Of a stretch of 64,000 nucleotides of DNA, positions 54,757 through 64,000 are shown in pieces. Each line of letters starts with the position of its first letter. The stretch's first letter is position 1. The DNA is from Octopus vulgaris (taxonomy: Eukaryota), in assembly GCA_951406725.2 (NCBI GenBank), contig OX597816.1, positions 3,286,001 to 3,350,000 on the forward strand. Direction: 5' to 3'. The notes beneath the pieces were generated by a model. That model searched no databases. It saw only the letters and a list, made by a program, of their open reading frames with translations, and was not told where the DNA came from. A program made the position numbers and the translations under genes.

Positions 54757-54921
54757 GGTCGATTACATCGACCCCAGTGTTTCACTGGTACTTAATTTAT
54801 CGATCTCGAAGGATGAAAGGCAAAGTCGCCCTCAGCGGAATTTGAACCCGGAGCGTGCAAACGGGTGAAATACCGATAAGCATTTCACCCAGCGTGCTAA
54901 CGATTCTGCCAGCTCGCCGCC
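54757..54921 (-). mobile_element. SINE family A, inverted and abutting the multimer
   Basis: gtcgattacatcgaccccag...gccagctcgccgcc. Confidence 0.88.
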
Positions 54922-54997
<76 letters not shown>

Positions 54998-55024
54998 TAA
55001 TAATAATAATAATAATAATAATAA

Positions 55025-55728
55025 GCACTAAGAACAAACTACATAAAATACAGAATAGACAACACATCAGAAAGTGATAAATGCAGAATCTGTGGACAAA
55101 ACGGTGAAACAGTATGGCATGTTACCAGTCAATGTACGCCATTAGCCCAGAAGGAATATAAGACACGTCACGGCAATATAGCCAGGATTGTCCATTGGAC
55201 ACTTTGCAACAGGTACGGACTTGATAGAGCAAAGACGTGGTACGACCACAAACCTGAAGACAATGTCGAAAATAGAAATGCAAAGATCCTACAGGATGTT
55301 ATGATTCAGTGCGACCATGAGATAGAGAATAGGAAGCCGGACATAGTGTTAATTGAGAAAGAAAACAAACTATGCTGGATCATAGATATAGCATTCCCTG
55401 CTGACAACAAAGTATACGGTAAGGAAGAAAGAAAAGTTGATAGATATGAGAGGTTAGCTTGGGAAGTTAAGCAGTTGTGGTCGATGAAAAAGGTAGTAGT
55501 AGTACCAATAATTGTCGGAGCCCTGGGAACAGTGAGTAAAAATCTCGAGAAGTACGTGGAACAAATAGGGGCTGCAATAAGGGTAGAACACTTGCAGAAA
55601 ACAGCACTGCTTGCAACTGCTCGAATACTCCGGAAGGTGCTCGAAAAATAAGAAGTGTTACCTTAGTTCACTGGTAGTGAACAGCTGACACTGTAGTACA
55701 TCTCCAGCGTTAGAAGCTGTGCAAAGGC
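55025..55728 (+). mobile_element. R4/Dong-clade LINE 3' fragment: CCHC knuckle plus restriction-like endonuclease, in (TAA)n
   Basis: Uninterrupted frame 55025-55651: CRICGQNGETVWHVTSQC...YKTRH...RKPDIVLI...IIDIAFP...KVDRY...PIIVGALG...LQKTALLATARILRKVL*. 3'UTR ends in (AAT)n; (AAT)n also lies upstream. Confidence 0.92.
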
Positions 55729-55779
<51 letters not shown>

Positions 55780-55781
<2 letters not shown>

Positions 55782-56108
55782 ACCCTGGGAATAATAGCAA
55801 AAGGGGCTGATTGCTACCTAACTCAGATACCAGGAAACCCCCAAAATGGAAGAAATTCAAAAGATAGTGCTCATGGGAACTGCTCACATCCTACGCAAAA
55901 TACTTTCTATGTAATCTCAAATTTTAAAACAAACATAATTTTCGTATGGTTTTTTTAGACATTCACTAGTACAACACTAAGTACAAAACCAAATATGTGG
56001 CACCCTAGGCATAACACCAACACGAACTTCCAACTTGTTGTCTCTTGAGGTCTCTGGGTGAGACTTGGAGCCAACTTGTACAAATGTAAAGCAAAAGTCA
56101 GACATAAA
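55780..56108 (+). mobile_element. Second R4/Dong subfamily 3' end
   Basis: EEIQKIVLMGTAHILRKILSM* plus a different 3'UTR, bounded by (AAT)n. Confidence 0.75.
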
Positions 56109-56124
56109 ATAATAATAATAATAT

Positions 56125-56155
<31 letters not shown>

Positions 56156-57187
56156 GATGATGATGATGATAATGATGATAACAACAACAACAACGATGAT
56201 GATAATAACCAGCAATGAATTCCAGTGATGGCTAATCGTTGTTACAAAGTATTGTTTATCATTAAAAGCTGACATGTACTGAGAATGTTTGTCGGTAGAT
56301 AAATTTCTGTCTCACCTGCAAAACGTGTTCCATCTTCATTAATCGACAGCACGATTTTCATTTCATTCAGGTCAAGCGGTTATTTCCTCTCCTATTTTAC
56401 TTTCCATATTATTGTTCCACAACCGCAGAGCCCTTCACAGTGAAATTACACCCCTTTTTAAGTGCTATCACTAACAATAGGTGTAAAGTAACTTCATGAA
56501 ACTGTACAGGGTCACATCTGTCCAAACAGACAATAATATGTAACATTTTTATGGTTGTTGCTATTATTGTTTTTTTTTTTTTTAATTCTAGACAGGTTTT
56601 ATGATTAAGAGTTATTTTATGGTCTCATACTGCTTTGCTTCGAGTAATATTACCTGTAGGAACTTTTAGAATGAAGTCATCAAGTGACATTGAGAGACCC
56701 TTCAATAAAAATCTGGTTTGTTTCGATTGTTAGTTTGCTAAATGAAATAAATAGCTCAAAGATAGCCGAACGCAACGCCTGTCACTAGAGACAGACTTAC
56801 CACCCAAGTAACGAATTTAACTCTCACAAAAAACTTTATAGTTCATATCGAACAAAACTACCTGATCTTACCGACCGTATTTAGAAGCGCAATCAATACG
56901 ATAAGTGACGATAAAATAAGATAATGTTACGACAGGTTGCAACATTATTAATATATTAGAGTGATAGTGTCGTCAAATAATGACAGCTATTTTAATCATA
57001 ATCCGGATAGAAACTCCTTTCTTAATGTTTGAGTTTTCGCTGACTTTGCTTTGGATTTGGGCCGGTTTAAACCGGATTCTGTTTCAGCTGACAAAAGAAA
57101 TGTTGAATTTATGAAGACAAAGAACTAAAAAAAAAAAAAAAAACATTGAATACAATAGAATTTATTTAATTCTATTATAATTTGAAA

Positions 57188-57750
57188 GGCGGCGATCTGG
57201 CAGAATTGTTAGCACGCCGGGCGAAATGCCTAGAGGTATTTCGTCTGCCGTTACGTTCTGAGTTCAAATTCCGCTGAGGTCCTTTCGGGGTCGATTAAAT
57301 AAGTACCAGTTACGCACTGGGGTCGATATAATCTACTTAATCCGCTTGTCTGTCCTTGTTTGTCCTCTCTGTGTTTAGCCCCTTGTGGGTAGTAAAGAAA
57401 TAGGTATTTCGTCTGCCGCTACGTTCTGAGTTCAAATTCCGCCGAAGTCGACTTTGCCTTTCATCCTTTCGGGGTCAATTAAATACCAGTTGAACACTGG
57501 AGTCGATGTAATCGGCTTAATCCGTTTGTCTGTCCTTGTTTGTCCTCTCTGTGTTTAGCCTCTTGTGGGTAGTAAAGAAATAGGTATTTCGTCTGCCGCT
57601 ACGTTCTGAGTTCAAATTCCGCCGAGGTCGACTTTGCCTTTCATCCTTTCGGGGTCGATTAAATAAGTACAAGTTACGCACTGGAGTCAATCTAATCGAC
57701 AGGCCCCCTTCCCCAAAATATCGGGCCTTGTGCCTAAAGTAGAAAAGATT
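57188..57750 (+). mobile_element. SINE family A tandem multimer
   Basis: Head at 57188; units start at 57236, 57404 and 57584; the final unit ends with the alternative tail ggccttgtgcctaaagtagaaaag. Confidence 0.9.
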
Positions 57751-58946
57751 CTGTTATAATTTGAAAGAAAATCGGCAAGTTGGCAGAAACCTTAGTTCGC
57801 CGACAAAATGCTTAGCGGCATTTAACCCATCTTTATGTTCTGATTTCAAATTGCGGGGTCGATAAACTAAGTACTGATCAAAAACCGGAGCCGACGTAAA
57901 CAACTTTCTCTCCACCAAAATTTCAAGCCTTGTGTCTATATTAAAAGGAATTATCATAATTTGAAAGAGCGTCGAACAAAATGCTTAGTGGTATTCCGGA
58001 TCAAATAATTGACGAGTGAGAAAGAGAGAGATTCTCAGCATATTTGACAATTCCATTTTGATTTCTTACTGAAATGTCACGTGATTCCAAGCGATAAACA
58101 CTCTTAAGAAATTTATGACACTCATAATAATCTTTCATTCTCTCTTTTGTAAAATGGCAACGTTTCACGCGGATATTGAAAATTATATTTTAGTCAAGAA
58201 AGACAAATTTATATCCTTTTACTCGTTTATCTCATTTGATTGCGGCTATGCTGGAGCAACTTATATTTAAGTTACTGAGTACAGTAATTCAGGAATAGGA
58301 TATTGGTGAACGGAGTCAACGATTCGGTTTCAATCTTTAGAAGAAAATAATCGCAAATACATCTCAAATCTTCATGGTCAATGAAAGACTACAAAACAAT
58401 CTTCTTTTCTCTCACCCCAAGAACGATAAAGCTCTCTGTGCATATAAACAATCTTTGAGACGGTGCAAAGAACCAAATGCATTATTCTTTACCAATCACA
58501 AGTCTGCCAACCAAAGCAAATCATCAAAAATTGCTATCGACTGCCGCCGCCATAACATTTAGCAGCCTCCGTGAAAGTGCACAATTACCTCCCCTTTCCC
58601 ACATCTTTTGTGAAAAAAGGTACGGATGTCCAAGCACACTTCTGCACGTGACCGGCTGAACAAAAAGCCCGGTTCTCTTTCCCGTTCTTTTACCATGACT
58701 TTCTGAATATCATACGAGAGTGACCGTATGCGCGCGCGTGTATAAAGAGTGCATGTACGCTTGTATGTATATATCTGTGGATATATTAATGTTTGTTTAA
58801 TGTCGAAGTGTATATAAACGGTTTAACATCAAACTGAAGAAATGCTCAATAGTTTTAGTAGAGTGCACATTAAGTTGACAGTGACTTCGAAGCTTCAGCT
58901 TGCCCGCCTTTGTCAGACAGCACGCGCGCGTACGTACGTACAAACA

Positions 58947-59008
<62 letters not shown>

Positions 59009-59639
59009 TAAATAATACAAGCATTCGTCTATATGTGTTTCTGAACAAGATAAAATAGACGGACAAATAGATAGATAGGTCGACAGATGTTTAGCGAGGC
59101 AGATGCCGATAGACAGATAGAGACAGAAAAAAATAAAGAAAGAAAGAGAGAAAGAAAGAGGGGAAGACAGAAATGACAAAGAGAAAGAGGAAGTTATGAA
59201 TGAAAAAGGAACTTCAGTCTTTCACTTCCGATTAAGCCAATCTATGATCAAAAGCATTCCAGATGTGACTGTTCCATCTATTTTTCGTGCATAATATATC
59301 TAAGTCTACGTCATCGCAACATACAACTCTTCATTCAAGATTACAAGATGTAATCTGTGGCAGATTTGGCTGCTAATTTTAGCAGGATGAAGAACCACGT
59401 ATCGAATTCCTCTCTCAGGAGTTTCTCTGACAATGGTGAGTTTCGTGGATAAACATGTAAACGTCCAGTTGCCGATTCTTCAATTGTTCTAGTCCCAATA
59501 TTAAATCCATTTAATTTCACACGTGCAGCTTAATATTCTTCAGAAAAGCATAAACGTCACAACTTCCCATCACCTTCCTCTTGACTGTTCGTTAAGAGCC
59601 TAGAATGAAATACTAAATCCTACCAAAGCCAGTTTCAAG

Positions 59640-60853
59640 CCTCATAGTATGAGCCTTTGTTTGAAATAAGTTGAAAAAGGCGCTGATCCATGAAACATGC
59701 TAATTTCTGGGTCTCTTCTGATGTTATATCCCGAGATATACTGACTATCGCCTGCTACAGTTCATCCTTGCGCCTAAATTGGCATCCATTCTTGTAAACT
59801 GGTTGCTTTAGAATACTCCACAAGGTTTCTATTGGGTTCAGGTCAGGGGAACAGGCAGGCCACTTCATCTTCCGAGGCCCACGGAAGCCTAATTCTGTAG
59901 TTTTCTTCACTGAGTGTGAGGGCACATTATCTTGCATGAATATTATGGTTATCTTGAAGGTAATCCTCTGCTTCTTCAACCAAGGTTCAAAGTGCTCCCC
60001 CAGAAACGCTATGTAAGCATCCGCAGTCATTTTAACACGGCCAGGCACTTTCCAAAGACCACCCGTAATGCTTCCAATAATACCTGCCTAAATCATGATG
60101 CCTCTTCCCACTTGTTGGCCTTTCAAGCGTTGGTGACAATCTCGTCCATTTACAACCCATCCTTTGTTCCAGCCATCAGGTCAATGAAGGGTAGCATGAG
60201 TTTCGTCCGTAAACAAAACTTTTGAAAAGACGACCTTCATGTTATCTTCTGCCCATTTCAAACGATTTTCTATGTGCAATTTGTTTAAAGGAGGCCTTTT
60301 TAACTGATATCACAGGTTTACCGACCTTTTCCAGAAGACATCAGGTAGTTCTGGACACAGTTGTTTCGCCAATGTGCTTGAAAAGTTCTCTACTTGTAAC
60401 ACCTGGGTTTTTTAAGGCTTCACGCCCAATTTGTGAGAGAGCACATTGAGAGACATCCCTCGACTGGCCCTTATCGGCTCTCTTACGTATCTTCGTAGGA
60501 GCTCTAACTGATTTTTCACAGTTTGGTGATATCTTCCAATTATCTTACAAATTTCTTATGATGATTTACTTTTTGCAAATTCAGGAGTAATAACAGATTT
60601 CTCTGAAGCAATTAAGTCACATTTACGGCCCATATCATTAGACCACTCGTTAATAATTTGGAGCACTTAAAGTTCATGGAAATCATGCGAATGGCCATGG
60701 TTTTGTTTACATTTGCGCAAAACCTCACATTTTTTACACACTACGCACATATAGCTGCTGCCATTATTCTGCGGAGATTTCATTGAATTCCAGCCAGTAA
60801 TTTTTTAATAAAATAAAAAAAATATTATGTCGTTAATAATTTGAAACATAGTG
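59640..60853 (-). mobile_element. Tc1-superfamily transposon, TRT/DD37E-like, defective
   Basis: Minus strand: MGRKCDL (ATG at 60633), KVLFTDETHATL..PDGWNKGW...QQVGRGIMI*AGII, FMQDNVPSH...WPACSPDLNPIETLW. Probable 5' TIR cactatgtttcaaattatta; 3' end not resolved. Confidence 0.85.
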
Positions 60854-60854
60854 T

Positions 60855-60891
<37 letters not shown>

Positions 60892-61092
60892 ATCTAACGG
60901 AGGCCTCAAAAGACATCTTAAGATCCTCAAAGATCAGAACTTATCTGCAGCTCTTGGTGGTCCAAATCGGATGTGCAATCTGTGGATGTCTTTTCAGAAC
61001 ATCGTCTGGTTTAAAAAGCCACATCAGATGCCATGATGGTTCTAAAGGTGTAGGTACAGGAGGTGGTCGACAACCACCATATATGTATATAT

Positions 61093-61415
61093 AAAGAAAA
61101 AAGATGAAAAATCACAGGAGATCTGTTTCACAGGATTTAAGGGTATATAAGAGCCATGATAATAAAGATTTTATACAATTTTGTACAAAAATAAGGCTTC
61201 GTTCTTTCAACATGATTCAAGCAAGGACCAGTTTCACATTGTTTATCAAACAGAGAATTGAGCAACGCGAAACCGGTCCTCACTTCAATTATGTTGAAAG
61301 AACAAAACCTTATTTTGTACAAAATTGTATAATATAATATCTTTATTATCATGGCTCTTATATAGCCTTAAATCCTGTAAAACAAACCTTCTGTGTTTTT
61401 GCATCGGTTTTCTTT
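61093..61415. mobile_element. About 320-bp fold-back element with hammerhead-like apex
   Basis: Arms of about 150 bp (taagagccatgataataaagat / atctttattatcatggctctta); apex gagcaacgcGAAAccggTC and its decayed complement. Confidence 0.75.
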
Positions 61416-61481
61416 CTATATTTATTCACCATGTGTGTTTCACCACCAAAATATTTTCTACCTTTATATATATATATATAC

Positions 61482-61532
<51 letters not shown>

Positions 61533-61574
61533 TGTGTGTGTCTGTGTGTGTGCGTGTGCGTGTATGTGTGTGTG

Positions 61575-61784
61575 CATTTGTGTGTCTGTGTTTGCCCTCC
61601 CACCATCGCTTGAAAATCGATGTTGGTGTGTTTACGCTCCTGTAACTTAGCGGTTCGGCAAAAGAGAACGATAGAATAAGTGCAAGGTTTACAAAGAATA
61701 AGTCCTGGTGTCGATTTGTCCGACTAAAAAACAGTGCTCCAGCATGGCCACAGTCAAATGACTGAAACAAGTAAAAGAATAAAC

Positions 61785-61785
<1 letters not shown>
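61575..61785 (+). mobile_element. SINE family B, 3' half
   Basis: gtaacttagcggttcggcaaaag...gtgctccagcatggccacagtcaaatgactgaaacaagtaaaaga. Confidence 0.85.
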
Positions 61786-61878
<93 letters not shown>

Positions 61879-62113
61879 CACATATATATATATATGTGTA
61901 TGTGTTTTTGTGTGTGTGCATGTCTGCATACGTATGTGCCTATTCTGCATATGTGTGTATACATGTGCATATATGTATGTGCACAGAATATGCTTCCATG
62001 ATACGGATCGGTAATTTTTGGAGTCAATTAATGGAAAAATCGATGCAGTGAAAATATTTGAAGATGTTTTAGCTCTTGCGATATGCACCCTTTGTCTGTC
62101 TGTTTGTCTCTCG

Positions 62114-62168
<55 letters not shown>

Positions 62169-62258
62169 TTTCTTATTCTTTCTCTGTCTCACCCTCTCAT
62201 CTATTTCTCTGTCTATTCACCTTCAGACACATCATGCACTTCCGGTTCTATATAAATT

Positions 62259-62295
<37 letters not shown>

Positions 62296-62457
62296 ATTTG
62301 TGTGTACATATCTTTATTTGTTTGCATGTATATAAGTATACATGTGTGCGTGTATGTATGTAAGTAGATTTCTCTCTATATATGCACATATGCGTATACA
62401 TATATATGTATATGTATAAATATATGTATAAATATATGTATATATATATGCAGATTT

Positions 62458-63480
<1,023 letters not shown>

Positions 63481-63534
63481 GTGTGTGTGTGTTTGTGTGC
63501 ACGCGCGTGTGTATGTGTGTGTATGTGTGTACAT

Positions 63535-63765
63535 GCATCTCGGCGTCAGTGTTGTGGCAAGATGTAAGCCAACGCAGTTGTTGACAGAACCGGGGATTCC
63601 GCTCTCCCGGTTCACGTGCAGGAGCGCGCGCGCACGTCCGCACCGCCTGCAAGAAGACGTGGGCCAGCGCGCGTGTGCACGTCCGCGAACGTCGCCGAGA
63701 ACCGTGATGGCGGTGGTTCGAGTGTGGAAGGCGGGCGAGGGAACATTGCATGCTTCTACGCACAT
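63535..63765. promoter_or_regulatory. CpG/GC-rich unique island, candidate regulatory element
   Basis: Sharp CpG enrichment with CACGTG, two gcacgtccgc copies and gacgtgg; no recognisable protein. Confidence 0.4.
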
Positions 63766-64000
63766 GTATTATGTATACGTGTTGTGCGTAGGAGTGTGTT
63801 CCGACCAGAGATTTCTCGTCACATGATCAGTTTGTTTTTCATTTATATTGGGGTTTTTTCTTCTTTTCCTTTATATATATATACACATATATATATATAC
63901 GTATATTGTTATTAGTGTTATTATTATTATTTGTAGTAGTAATCGCAGTATTAGTAATCTTTTGTGTGTGTCGTAGACATCCGTTTCTTGAAAGTCTCTC

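Noticed and set aside
63555-63577. tggcaagatgt resembles the 5' end of miR-31
   Set aside because: Only ~11 nt match and the local hairpin is too short, with the match spanning the loop.

Overview
AT-rich, microsatellite-saturated eukaryotic DNA, most likely an octopod cephalopod (Octopus), inferred from the tRNA-derived SINE families and simple-repeat density. I found no supportable host protein-coding gene; almost all ORF-track entries are translated microsatellites or transposon relics. The window holds many decayed TEs: a mariner with a nested RTE LINE, a TRT/DD37E-type Tc1, Tigger/pogo relics, non-autonomous Helitrons, CR1-group, RTE, Hero and R4/Dong LINE fragments, and three SINE families (called A, B, C here). 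The most interesting unexplained layer is a set of small non-coding fold-back elements, several in or beside (TA)n tracts. Several of these, and some unpaired relics, carry minimal type-I hammerhead-ribozyme motifs of the Penelope/retrozyme kind; the best is at 27853-27908 on the minus strand. Also notable are tandem SINE multimers with identical junctions, a LINE/SINE shared 3' stem-loop with compensatory changes, a twin-priming inversion in an RTE LINE, and two CpG-rich unique islands dense in RCGTG motifs. All identifications are by eye, without database searches or folding software.
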